Below, piece by piece: positions 9,045 to 17,786 of a stretch of DNA of 64,000 nt. The DNA comes from Bacteroidota bacterium (GTDB taxonomy: Bacteria > Bacteroidota > Ignavibacteria > UBA10030 > SZUA-254), in contig DATDFQ010000041.1 in NCBI GenBank assembly GCA_036522515.1, positions 65,498 to 129,497 on the forward strand, given 5' to 3'. The notes beneath the pieces were generated by a model, which saw nothing but the letters and a program-made list of their open reading frames with translations, searched no databases and was not told the DNA's origin. Position 1 is the stretch's first letter. The number at the start of each line of letters is the position of its first letter. A program made the position numbers and the translations under genes.

Positions 9045-10214
9045 TCAGGCCAAAGCCCCGAAGATCGAGCCAAGCCCGTACGTCACACCCGCTTCGAGGA
9101 TCCCGACGAACGTCATTTCCATCCCCGATGCGAGCCAGTTTCGCGTCGTCAGAATCGACTTGGCCGCGCCTACGGCGAAATGGGCGACGATGCTGATCGC
9201 GAATGCCGCCACGACTGCCGGAAACCCGCCGAGGAAAAAAAACGGGATAATCGGTATGAACGCACCCACCGCGGTCGAGATGGCGGCGGACGCGCTCGAT
9301 TTCCACGGATTACGGAACGTCATTTCTGATAGCCCGAGCTCGCTTTGTGCCATGGCCTTCACCATCTGCTCCGGATCCTGCGCGAGCCTCTCGGCCATGC
9401 GCCTCGCCTCTTCCGGCTCAAAGCCCTGAAGCTGGTAGAAGAGCGCCATCTCCTCCGTCTCCTCCTCGGGATCATCCTCCACTTCGCGCCGCTCCCGGGA
9501 AATCTCCGCCTCGTGGACCTCGCGTTCGCTCTTGACTGCAAGGTAGGCCCCTGCCCCCATCGAAAGGGCGGACGCGATCATGCCCGCCAACCCCGAGATC
9601 AGCACGATATGCTGCTGGTTATTCGTCGCCCCAGCGACGCCGGAGACAATCCCGAACACGGCGCCGAGCCCGTCGTTGACTCCGTAGATGGCATCGGCGA
9701 TCCACGATCCGCCGCGCACATGCCAGCGTTCCCGCCTCAGCATCAGGTCGAGCGCAGTCTTGGGCCCCAGGTCCGGCAGCAGGTTTTGCAGCACCCTTGA
9801 GTGCGCCTTCTCCTCAAGAGCGAGTTCCTGCAAGATCGACGGAGCTTCGGCGTCGCCGGAGAGCGCCCGTTCCTGCTGAGTCTCATACCGGGCTTTGTCT
9901 CTCTCCTCCGCCGCCTCCAGGCGTCTGATCGCCACGTCGCTTCCGACATGCCTGTTGATCCAGCGGCTCAACCGGCTCTTCAGGTTGCCGCTTATCGTCG
10001 GCGGGCGTTCTCCCACGTCCGAGAGCCTCTTTTCCCAGCGGGCTGCATGCCGTTCCTCCGCTTCCGCCAGACGCAGGAGAACTGCTTTCCTCTTTGTGTC
10101 TTTCTCGGAACCGGCAAGCTCCCGGTAGAGTTGCGCGCTTTCTTTCTCTGCCCGCCAGTTTTTCCGGAGGGCTTGTACGATTTCGGCGTTCGTGACGGGA
10201 GGTCGATCGTTCAT
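9045..10214 (-). CDS. mbfA: membrane-bound ferritin-like protein: erythrin (rubrerythrin-like) domain fused to VIT1/CCC1 iron transporter
   Basis: N-terminal ferritin-like EE..H repeats (LAEAEERHAARW; LALEEKAHSRVL); C-terminal VIT1 TM region (GVNDGLGAVFGIVSGVAG ... TFVGILEAGVTYGLGSIFGAL). Confidence 0.75.
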   Translation of the reverse strand: MNDRPPVTNAEIVQALRKNWRAEKESAQLYRELAGSEKDTKRKAVLLRLAEAEERHAARWEKRLSDVGERPPTISGNLKSRLSRWINRHVGSDVAIRRLEAAEERDKARYETQQERALSGDAEAPSILQELALEEKAHSRVLQNLLPDLGPKTALDLMLRRERWHVRGGSWIADAIYGVNDGLGAVFGIVSGVAGATNNQQHIVLISGLAGMIASALSMGAGAYLAVKSEREVHEAEISRERREVEDDPEEETEEMALFYQLQGFEPEEARRMAERLAQDPEQMVKAMAQSELGLSEMTFRNPWKSSASAAISTAVGAFIPIIPFFFLGGFPAVVAAFAISIVAHFAVGAAKSILTTRNWLASGMEMTFVGILEAGVTYGLGSIFGALA

Positions 10215-10381
10215 AGCCGTTCACCATCGGCGGTTTGGGGAAAGGACAGGCGGACCTGTTGCCGAATGATAAAAGTTAATCAGACGATTTGCAAATTCCG
10301 GCGGTGTCTCAATTTGGCTGAACGTCTCTCCACCTCGTCATGCTGACATGCTCCTGGTCAGCATCTTTCAACTCTTTACTC

Positions 10382-10492
10382 GTTCCCACGCGGAGCATGG
10401 GAACGAGAAAACATGTCATCCTGAGGGAGCGTAGCGACCGAAGGATCTCGTCTTTCCGATCTACGAGATCCTTCGCTTCGCTCAGGATGACA
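10382..10492. repeat. family-2 hairpin repeat: GTTCCCACGC-loop-GCGTGGGAAC module followed by long palindrome TGTCATCCTGAGGGAGCGTAGCGACCGAAGGATCTCG / CGAGATCCTTCGCTTCGCTCAGGATGACA
   Basis: Inverted repeat with about 30-bp arms read directly from sequence; related copies at 13401, 45746 and 58294. Confidence 0.7.
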
Positions 10493-10563
10493 AAATAGGG
10501 CGCTGCCCGCATTTGTTTCCATGGGCCGAATTTCGTACTCTTGGTGAATTTCCAGGAGGACTC

Positions 10564-11088
10564 ATGCGACGCACATTGTTGAACACTCTTGCGCTTGTTG
10601 CGCTCATTCATTTCAGCCGCATCTCCGCTTCCGCGCAGATTACGGAGGCGATCAGCACCAATTCCCTGCTCGGTGTGACGGGCCTGGCGGTGTCGATAGG
10701 AGAGCTGAGTCCGGGGACGGAGAGCGGCGGTTTGAACGCGGGCCGGCTGCGGGCTGACGCCGAGTTGAAGCTGAAGACGGCGGGAATCAGGGTGATTCCC
10801 GAGGCGGGCTGGGTCGATTCGGCCGGGGGCGCAGAGCTCTATCTGGAAGTCAACACACTGAAATTCGGAACCTCCCAATATACCTATACTATAGAGCTGA
10901 GTGTCATCCAAAAAGTCCAGCTTTCCCGCGAGCCTTCGCGCGCAACCCTCGGCACCACCGGGTCGACGTCAGTGATGGGAGTGGTGGGTGCAACCAAACT
11001 TGCCGCTTCCGTACGGGAACAGGCGGGGATCCAGCTCGATCAACTCATCGCCCGGTATCAGGCCGTAAACCGGGCGGCCGGCAAATGA
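10564..11088 (+). CDS. secreted hypothetical protein
   Basis: ATG at 10564 preceded by AGGAGG; signal peptide MRRTLLNTLALVALIHFSRISASAQ; no recognisable domain. Confidence 0.5.
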   Translation: MRRTLLNTLALVALIHFSRISASAQITEAISTNSLLGVTGLAVSIGELSPGTESGGLNAGRLRADAELKLKTAGIRVIPEAGWVDSAGGAELYLEVNTLKFGTSQYTYTIELSVIQKVQLSREPSRATLGTTGSTSVMGVVGATKLAASVREQAGIQLDQLIARYQAVNRAAGK

Positions 11089-11158
11089 AACTTTAGGGGG
11101 ATCCGTGACGTAGGAGAATGGTAATCCGTCTCTTTTTACCACCACGCTCCGGCGATTC

Positions 11159-13399
11159 ATGCTCTCACCGAAGTTACCCGTGTCATGCCTTCTCCTCCTC
11201 CTTGTCCATGGATTCGCCCTTTCGGGCAGCCCTCCCGATTCCGTCAGGCTGAACATCGAGGCGAGGAGAATAGACTCTGATATCCGGCTCTCGGGCAGAC
11301 TGGACGACCCGGGCTGGAGCCTCGCCCAACCTGTCGAGATCAAATATGAGGTGACTCCGGGGGACAATACACCCGCTCCCCAGCAAACCTTCGTGAAGAT
11401 GATCTATAATTCACGTTTCGTTTATTTCGGTTTTGACTGCCGGGACTCGCGGCCCTCCGAGATCCGCGCTCACATCACGGACCGGGATAAATGCTTCGAC
11501 GACGACTGGGTGATGGTGATGCTCGACACCTACGGAGACTATCAGAGATCATACGAGATCGTGGTCAACCCGTACGGGATCCAGGGCGACCTCCTTCTGG
11601 CGGCAAACAACGAGGACGCAAGTTTCGACGCGCTCTGGGCGTCGGCCGGCGCGATCGACTCGTCGGGATGGACCGCGGAGATGGCGATTCCCATCAAGAG
11701 TATTCGTTTTCCCTCGACACCCGAGCAACGATGGGTGGTGGAATTCATCAGGAACTACCCGCGGGCGAGCAGGGTGCAAATGTCCTGGGCCCGTCTCGAC
11801 CGGGATAATCCCTGCCTCCCCTGCCAGGGAGGCGTGATCGAAGGGGTCAGAGATGTGCAACCGTCGGCCGCCCTCGATTTTCTTCCGTATGTCGTCGGTC
11901 ATCAGGAAGGATCCGTTGAGGACAACTCCGTTCCGAATTCGACGTTTCAAAACGGGAAGTTGATGGGCCGGGTCGGTGGCGGAATGCGGTACGCACCCGC
12001 CCCTGACTTTGCGATCGAGGGGACCATCAACCCGGATTTCAGCCAGGTCGAATCGGATGCGGCCCAGATCAGCGTGAATTCCAACTTCGCCCTGTTCTAT
12101 TCCGAGAAGCGTCCTTTTTTTCTCCTCGGCGCCGACATGTTCCAAAACCGTACACAGACCTATTACTCCCGAACGATTAACAATCCAATCGGCGCGGCGC
12201 GTGTGATCGGCAAGGCGGGATCGCTCTCTTACGCCTACCTGGCGGCATCCGACAGAAACACCCCCTACATCATCCCGGGCGAGGAAACGAGCGATTACGT
12301 CGCGACGAATATCGAATCGTTCTCGAATGTGGCGCGCGCGCGGTATGATTTCGGGAAAGAGGCGTTTGCCGGAGGAATGCTGACAACCCGCAGCACCTCG
12401 ACTTCGCACAATATCGTCGGAGGGATTGACGGAAATTACAAATTCTGGGACAACTATTACTTGAGTGGAGAGCTCTTCTTCTCGGACACAAAAGAAGTGA
12501 ACGACTCTGCGGTCTTCTCCGACGCGAGGACCTTCGGCAGCACCGGACATAATGCGACATTTAACGGCGAGCAGTTCAGCGGAATCGCCACCAACCTGAA
12601 CTTTCAGCGCAACGCGAATGTCTATAGCTTTGGAATCCAGTATCTCGATCGATCGCCCGCCTTTCAGGCTCAGGACGGGTTCGTGCCCAGTAACGATACC
12701 CGTATGTTGTTCCTGAACCAATCGCTCTCATTTCATCCCACGGGAGCGGTGGTCGACCAGTGGTCGATCTCGATGAACAACGGCCTCCATTTCAACTACG
12801 ACGACATACGAAAGGAAACGTGGGCGCTTCCCAACCTGTACGTTCAGCTGAAAGCCCAGACCTCCGTAAATCTGACGTATTTCCTGGTCAACGACGAATT
12901 GTTCAGAGGAGTGCAGTTCGACGGAATCCACAGGGGGGAGATTTCAATCTTCTCGCGCCCTTCGAGTTTCCTGACTCTTTCGTTCGACGGCTCGTTTGGA
13001 AAATTTATCAGGCGATCCGATACGCCCGAAATGGGGACGGGGCACAACATCTATTTGTCGGCGCAGGTAAAACCGACCTCGCAACTCGAAGTCGATCTCT
13101 CCTATTCCCGCGCCAGGCTTTCGAGTGTTGCCACGGACGCCCTGTTCTACGACGGCTACATTGCAAGATCAACGGGCATCTTTCAATTCTCGAAGGAGCT
13201 GTTCTTGCGCGTGATCGGGCAGTATAATGAATTCAGCCGGGGAATCGACATTTATCCGCTCGTGAGCTACAAACTCAGCCCGTACACAATCTTCTATCTG
13301 GGTTCCACGTACACAATGTTCGACTTCGGCGAGCCGTTTGGAGTTCAAGAAACGGCAACGCAATATTTCGTGAAGCTGCAGTATTTGATCAGGGCGTAA
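11159..13399 (+). CDS. DUF5916 / CBM9-like domain outer-membrane associated protein
   Basis: Signal peptide; N-terminal carbohydrate-binding family 9-like region; conserved FYSEKRPFFLLG and NPDFSQVESD motifs of the DUF5916 family. Confidence 0.55.
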   Translation: MLSPKLPVSCLLLLLVHGFALSGSPPDSVRLNIEARRIDSDIRLSGRLDDPGWSLAQPVEIKYEVTPGDNTPAPQQTFVKMIYNSRFVYFGFDCRDSRPSEIRAHITDRDKCFDDDWVMVMLDTYGDYQRSYEIVVNPYGIQGDLLLAANNEDASFDALWASAGAIDSSGWTAEMAIPIKSIRFPSTPEQRWVVEFIRNYPRASRVQMSWARLDRDNPCLPCQGGVIEGVRDVQPSAALDFLPYVVGHQEGSVEDNSVPNSTFQNGKLMGRVGGGMRYAPAPDFAIEGTINPDFSQVESDAAQISVNSNFALFYSEKRPFFLLGADMFQNRTQTYYSRTINNPIGAARVIGKAGSLSYAYLAASDRNTPYIIPGEETSDYVATNIESFSNVARARYDFGKEAFAGGMLTTRSTSTSHNIVGGIDGNYKFWDNYYLSGELFFSDTKEVNDSAVFSDARTFGSTGHNATFNGEQFSGIATNLNFQRNANVYSFGIQYLDRSPAFQAQDGFVPSNDTRMLFLNQSLSFHPTGAVVDQWSISMNNGLHFNYDDIRKETWALPNLYVQLKAQTSVNLTYFLVNDELFRGVQFDGIHRGEISIFSRPSSFLTLSFDGSFGKFIRRSDTPEMGTGHNIYLSAQVKPTSQLEVDLSYSRARLSSVATDALFYDGYIARSTGIFQFSKELFLRVIGQYNEFSRGIDIYPLVSYKLSPYTIFYLGSTYTMFDFGEPFGVQETATQYFVKLQYLIRA

Positions 13400-13400
13400 A

Positions 13401-13506
13401 TTGTCATCCTGAGGGAGCAACGCGACCGAAGGATCCCCCTCCACGAACGCATGAGATCCTTCGCGGAGTTTACACTGAGCGAAGCGAATGTGCTCAGGAG
13501 GACAAT
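13401..13506. repeat. family-2 repeat copy (TTGTCATCCTGAGGGAGCAACGCGACCGAAGGATC + degenerate inverted partner)
   Basis: Direct sequence match to the copies at 10414 and 45746. Confidence 0.65.
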
Positions 13507-13540
13507 TACAGATGATTGCCAGAATGACAGACTGGGAGGT

Positions 13541-14218
13541 TTAGGGGGAAGTCGGTTCTTCGGGCGGTGAGGGCGGAACTTCGCTCTTCTTCCACCCGGT
13601 GATCATGGAGACGAAATTACTCCACCCCGCGATCACCACCATCAGCAGGTGCCCCCCGAAGAAGAGCACGAGAGCTGCCATGAAAATGAAATGCCACACT
13701 CTGGCCGTGTCGTACCCCCCGAAGAACGCGGTCAACCCGCTCCACTGAACCGGCCAATAGATCGCAATCCCCGTCAGGAGCGCGCCGAGACCGAGGAGGG
13801 AGACAGACGTGTAGGCGGCCTTTTGGAGAGCGTTGTACTTTTTCGCGGGAGGATGGCCGGTTCTGATCCGAAGATAGTATTGAATCATCGGGAGGATGCC
13901 CGGGAGGTCGCTCTTCGAGAAGAGGGTCGTCTGCCGGCCGTGTCGGGTGGCGATATTGTAGGCGACCCACACGATCCCGTTTGCCGCAAAGAGCCACATC
14001 GCAAAAAAGTGCCACTGCCGGGCGCCGGCAAGCCATCCTCCGAGCGTCAGAGAAGGGGGGATCTTCAGGAATTCCCAGATCGGCGATGCGTTGTAAATAC
14101 GCAATCCGCTCAGGACCATGATCCCGAGTGCGATGAAGTTCAGCCAGTGGGTGAGCCGGATAATGAAGGGATGCTGATACTCCCGGTCCGGTCGGTTCAT
14201 GCCTTCACCTCCGCGCAT
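13541..14218 (-). CDS. b-type cytochrome membrane subunit (cytochrome b561 / Ni-Fe hydrogenase cytochrome b family)
   Basis: RLTHWLNFIALGIMVLSGL motif and 4-5 TM helices with conserved His; last gene of the moeA..Mo-enzyme operon. Confidence 0.6.
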   Translation of the reverse strand: MRGGEGMNRPDREYQHPFIIRLTHWLNFIALGIMVLSGLRIYNASPIWEFLKIPPSLTLGGWLAGARQWHFFAMWLFAANGIVWVAYNIATRHGRQTTLFSKSDLPGILPMIQYYLRIRTGHPPAKKYNALQKAAYTSVSLLGLGALLTGIAIYWPVQWSGLTAFFGGYDTARVWHFIFMAALVLFFGGHLLMVVIAGWSNFVSMITGWKKSEVPPSPPEEPTSP

Positions 14219-14465
14219 CGGGCCGGCAATCCGGGCAGGGCTGGTAGTTCAATGCGAGGGCTTCATCGCGAGTCATCACCCTGGCCTCGGCCATCTTTAC
14301 GCGGGGACACTCCTCACGGTGATAGCTCCTGGTCTTCTCGATCACGAGGACCTTGTCGCTTCCGGCGCCGGCGCATCCGGCTGCGGAGATCACGAGCCAC
14401 GCCGCGAGAAGCAAAAGGTTGACCCTCGCACGGGTTCCGGATTTAAAGCCCTGCAAACCAATCAT
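14205..14465 (-). CDS. small lipoprotein with C...CPRV...CPDC cysteine motif
   Basis: Internal start MIGLQ...; lipobox LVISAAGC; mature ~55 aa with 4 Cys. The upstream 88 codons of track ORF 14205..14729 overlap the Mo-enzyme gene in another frame and are rejected. Confidence 0.4.
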   Translation of the reverse strand: MIGLQGFKSGTRARVNLLLLAAWLVISAAGCAGAGSDKVLVIEKTRSYHREECPRVKMAEARVMTRDEALALNYQPCPDCRPDARR

Positions 14466-15180
14466 ATCCCTGGTCTTCCCAATAACCTCCGGTCTTTCCG
14501 TTCGCGACGACGAGCCGGTTGACCCACTTTGCGCTCTTGTATCCGAGTTTTGTGGGCATCGTGATCCGGACCGGAGCTCCGTGACCGATTGAAAGAGGTT
14601 TTCCGTATGCCATGAAACAGAGGAGAGTCTGGGGGTGGATCGCGCTCGGCATGTCGTAGGTGGTATAGTAATCGTCCGCACACTCCACGTACACGTACTT
14701 CGCGGCGGGATCGGCTCCCACCATTTCAAGAAAATCTTTCAAGGCGGTGCCGCCCCATTTGACGTTCATGCTCCACCCCTCGACGCAGCAATGTTTCGTA
14801 TTCATCACTTTCCGGGGAAGCGCGGCGATCTGGTCCAGCGTATAGTTTCCCGGTTTTGCGACGAGGCCCGAGACCGAAAGTTTCCAGTCGTTGAGGTCGA
14901 TTTCCGGTTCGTCGGTGTCGTAACTGTTCAGCCGGAACCCGTCCTGAGGGGTCAGATCGGCGTCGGCTACTTCGGGGGAGAGGCTGGCGGGGTTGAACAT
15001 CTTCGACTGGACCCAGTCGTTGAACTGCTGGAACTTCGTGAGGAACGATCCGACCCCTCCCCCCGCGCTGTAATCGCACCCCGCGAGGAGGAGAAAGGGG
15101 GAGAGCTTGAGAAGCCTTCTTCTCAATTGAGAGTGCTTGGTCCCGCCTGATGTGTGATCAGCGATTCGCTCGTCCGGCAT
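14443..15180 (-). CDS. periplasmic sulfite-oxidase-family molybdoenzyme (YedY/MsrP-like), TAT-exported lipoprotein
   Basis: Twin-arginine-like signal LRRRLLKLSPFLLLAGC; Oxidored_molyb motifs (HCCVEGWS, GHGAPVRITMPTKLGYKSAKWV). Confidence 0.7.
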   Translation of the reverse strand: MPDERIADHTSGGTKHSQLRRRLLKLSPFLLLAGCDYSAGGGVGSFLTKFQQFNDWVQSKMFNPASLSPEVADADLTPQDGFRLNSYDTDEPEIDLNDWKLSVSGLVAKPGNYTLDQIAALPRKVMNTKHCCVEGWSMNVKWGGTALKDFLEMVGADPAAKYVYVECADDYYTTYDMPSAIHPQTLLCFMAYGKPLSIGHGAPVRITMPTKLGYKSAKWVNRLVVANGKTGGYWEDQGYDWFAGL

Positions 15181-15263
15181 CGTAGTTCGCCCGGGTATCC
15201 CCTATAAATGCGGAAAGCGATGTGTGAGCCATCGCTTTCCGTTTGACAAGAATATTGACCGGT

Positions 15264-15698
15264 CTATTGGTTGCCCGGTGGGACCTTCTTCGCCTCTTCC
15301 TTCACCTCTTCCTTCATCTTCTCACCCTTCTTCTCCATCATCTCTCCCTTTTTCTTCATCATCTTACCCTTCATCTCCGTCTTCTTTCCGGCGTGCATCG
15401 CTTTCTTACCCTTCATGTCCATCTTCGTGCCGGCCTTCTCCATCTCCTCGCCGGCTTTCATCTCACCCTTCTTCTCCATCATCTCTCCCTTTGCCTTCAT
15501 CTTCTCCCCTTTTCCCTTCATCATCTCTCCCTTTTCTTTCGTCATCTCGCCCTTCTCCTGCATCTTCTCTCCCGCCTTCTCCATCATCTCACCCTTCTTT
15601 TCCTCTTTCGCCGCGCCGGTCGAATCCTGTGCACGGAGACGGCTCTGCATCGCGACGAACGCAACGAGGACAGCCATGATTACGAGAATCTTCTTCAT
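15264..15698 (-). CDS. secreted methionine- and lysine-rich low-complexity repeat protein (MrpX-like)
   Basis: ATG at 15698 preceded by GGAGGG; signal peptide MKKILVIMAVLVAFVAMQSRLRAQ; then about 14 imperfect repeats of K-G-E-M-M-E-K-K-G-E-K-M (about 19% Met and 35% Lys in the mature part). Confidence 0.65.
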   Translation of the reverse strand: MKKILVIMAVLVAFVAMQSRLRAQDSTGAAKEEKKGEMMEKAGEKMQEKGEMTKEKGEMMKGKGEKMKAKGEMMEKKGEMKAGEEMEKAGTKMDMKGKKAMHAGKKTEMKGKMMKKKGEMMEKKGEKMKEEVKEEAKKVPPGNQ

Positions 15699-15843
15699 AC
15701 AACCCTCCAAATGTGGCAATGATACTGCGGAATGGTTAATTGTTTTCGGCGGAAATTTAGGAAACGGGGCTGCCAAAGTCAACTAATTGAACATTATTTT
15801 TTCTTAAGAATCGACATCCCGGGCGCCGCTCGAATCCGGTGCG

Positions 15844-16272
15844 TTAATCGGGGGTCCTGCGGGGGTTCGGCTCCCCCACCCACTCCTCCCTGCCGGCAAA
15901 AATCTCCTTCTTCCAGATCGGGACGGATTCCTTCAGCTTGTCGATCGTGAACCGGCATGCCTCGAATGCCTCCTTTCGATGCGCTGCCGAAACTGCGATC
16001 ACGACGCTCGGGTCCCCGATTCCCAGCCGGCCGATCCTGTGTACAATCGAAATTTTCATGATCTCCCATTTCGACCTGACGGTCTCGGCGAGCTCGTTCA
16101 TCATGTTCAGCGCCATGGGAACGTAGGCTTCATATTCCATCCCCAGAACGGGCTCTCCTTTGGAATGGTTCCGCGTCGTACCGATGAAGATGTCGACCCC
16201 TCCCGCGGCCGGGTCGTGCACGCTTCGGATCACGTTCGCAACGTCAATCTCTTTGTCCGTAATTTCGATCAT
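15844..16272 (-). CDS. moaE: molybdopterin synthase catalytic subunit MoaE
   Basis: Full-length MoaE-like 142 aa (IVHRIGRLGIGDPSVVIAVSAAHRKEAF). Confidence 0.85.
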   Translation of the reverse strand: MIEITDKEIDVANVIRSVHDPAAGGVDIFIGTTRNHSKGEPVLGMEYEAYVPMALNMMNELAETVRSKWEIMKISIVHRIGRLGIGDPSVVIAVSAAHRKEAFEACRFTIDKLKESVPIWKKEIFAGREEWVGEPNPRRTPD

Positions 16273-16290
16273 TCGATCTTTATCTCCCCC

Positions 16291-16539
16291 TCACCCCCCG
16301 CTCACGGGGGGAATAATGGCGAGTTCGTCCCGGTCCTTCAGGGTGACCTTTCCGGGGGCGTATTCCTGATTCACGGCCACGCGCAAATGCCCCTTCCATT
16401 CCCCGAACCGCGGGTATGTGACTTCGAGAGACGAGAGGACGTCTGCGGGAGTCGAGCCCTCGGGCATCGTCAGCGTCACTTCCTCCATCCCGGCGACGTC
16501 GCGGGCTACCGCGAAAAATTTAACGTTCACTCGTATCAC
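16291..16539 (-). CDS. moaD: molybdopterin synthase sulfur-carrier subunit MoaD
   Basis: Ends in IPPVSGG (Gly-Gly tail). The GTG start at 16539 overlaps the moeA stop (GTGA); the track's longer N-terminus is rejected. Confidence 0.7.
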   Translation of the reverse strand: MIRVNVKFFAVARDVAGMEEVTLTMPEGSTPADVLSSLEVTYPRFGEWKGHLRVAVNQEYAPGKVTLKDRDELAIIPPVSGG

Positions 16540-17729
16540 AGCAGTTCCACCTCGACCTCGTCTCCTTTGGGGAAGTGATCCCGCTCTTCCGGAAGGATGA
16601 TCAGACAATCGGCCTTCGAGAGGGAGGTCAGAATATTGGACACCTGCGAGCCGGTGGTTCGCACGCTGACGGTCCCGTTGTCGCTCGAGAGAACCCCGCG
16701 CACAAAGTGTCGCTTGCCGTCCTGCTTCCTGATCTCCTCCTCCAGTTTCGCATGCAACCGTAACGGCGGCCCGGCCGCGCGGCCCATCATCCGCGCGAGT
16801 GCCGGCCGCACGAACTGGAGAAACGTGACCATCGAAGAGACCGGATTGCCGGGCAGTCCGAAGACCGGTTTCTCCCGGAAGAGGCCGAACATCAGAGGCA
16901 TTCCCGGCTTGATATTGACCTTCCAGAATTTCACGCTGCCGCCCAGCTCGTTTAACGCCGAAATCACGAGGTCATACTTTCCGACCGATACGCCCCCCGA
17001 TGTGATGAGCATGTCCGCCTCAAGCCCCTCCGTCATCATCCTCTTGAGTTCGCCGGGTTCATCCGGAGCGATCCCCAGACGCCTGGATTCGCAGCCAAGC
17101 TGCTTCGCCAGGGCTTCGAGGACATAGGCGTTGCTGTTCCGGATCTTTCCTTCGGAGAGCGGCTTGTCGATATCCACAATCTCCGATCCTGTCGTGAGAA
17201 TGGCAATCGACGGTTTCCGGTGAACGACAATGAACCTCCTGCCGAGAGATGCCAGGACCCCGATTTCCTGCGGCCGGATGAGAGAGCCGCGCGTGAGAAC
17301 TGTCGCTCCCGCCTGAACGTCCGCGCCGGCCCGGCGGATGTTGTGACCCTGCGGCACCGCGCGGAGAAGTGTCACATGCCCTTCATCCGGCTTCCCGGTC
17401 CATTCCTGCTGGATGACAGCATCGCACCCGGCCGGTATCCTGGCGCCGGTCATGATGCTCATCGCCTCGAGTTTCCGCAGCGGCGATGCGGCGATCGAGC
17501 CGGCCGGAACCTCCCCGGTGAGAGTCAGCGTGACCGGAACCCGGACCGCGTCCCCGGACCGCACGGCAAATCCGTCCATCGCGGCATTGTCGAAGGGGGG
17601 AATCAAGCCGGGTGAAACAATATCCTCCGCCAGAACAGAGCCGAGGCTTCCCTCGATCGAGAGGGAAACCGTCCCCAGCGGGCGAACCGTTTCGAGGATG
17701 ATGTCCAGTGCTTCGCGGGCAGTAATCAT
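16536..17729 (-). CDS. moeA: molybdopterin molybdenumtransferase MoeA
   Basis: DNAAMDGFAV and GGVSVGKYD motifs; 397 aa. Confidence 0.85.
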   Translation of the reverse strand: MITAREALDIILETVRPLGTVSLSIEGSLGSVLAEDIVSPGLIPPFDNAAMDGFAVRSGDAVRVPVTLTLTGEVPAGSIAASPLRKLEAMSIMTGARIPAGCDAVIQQEWTGKPDEGHVTLLRAVPQGHNIRRAGADVQAGATVLTRGSLIRPQEIGVLASLGRRFIVVHRKPSIAILTTGSEIVDIDKPLSEGKIRNSNAYVLEALAKQLGCESRRLGIAPDEPGELKRMMTEGLEADMLITSGGVSVGKYDLVISALNELGGSVKFWKVNIKPGMPLMFGLFREKPVFGLPGNPVSSMVTFLQFVRPALARMMGRAAGPPLRLHAKLEEEIRKQDGKRHFVRGVLSSDNGTVSVRTTGSQVSNILTSLSKADCLIILPEERDHFPKGDEVEVELL

Positions 17730-17786
17730 GGGAAAGGTGAGATACTTGCCAGTAATATACTCCCGGCCTTCCTGAAGTGCAACCTG

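Noticed and set aside
10309-10911. 200-aa minus ORF containing ..VILSEAKDL..
   Set aside because: Runs through the family-2 palindrome and is antisense to the secreted protein gene 10564..11088. The peptide motif is simply the translated repeat.
14466-14729. First 88 codons of track ORF 14205..14729
   Set aside because: Overlap the Mo-enzyme gene in a different frame and have no signal or lipobox logic. The real small lipoprotein starts at the internal MIGLQ.
15264-15700. Possible CRISPR-like periodicity
   Set aside because: Periodicity is 36 nt of imperfect coding repeats within one ORF with a signal peptide; no conserved direct repeat with unique spacers. No CRISPR array anywhere in the window.
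15224-15786. Pro/Ser-rich and Leu/His-rich + strand ORFs (151, 159, 171 aa)
   Set aside because: Alternate-frame or antisense readings of the repetitive Met/Lys-rich gene; periodic composition is an artefact of the coding repeat.
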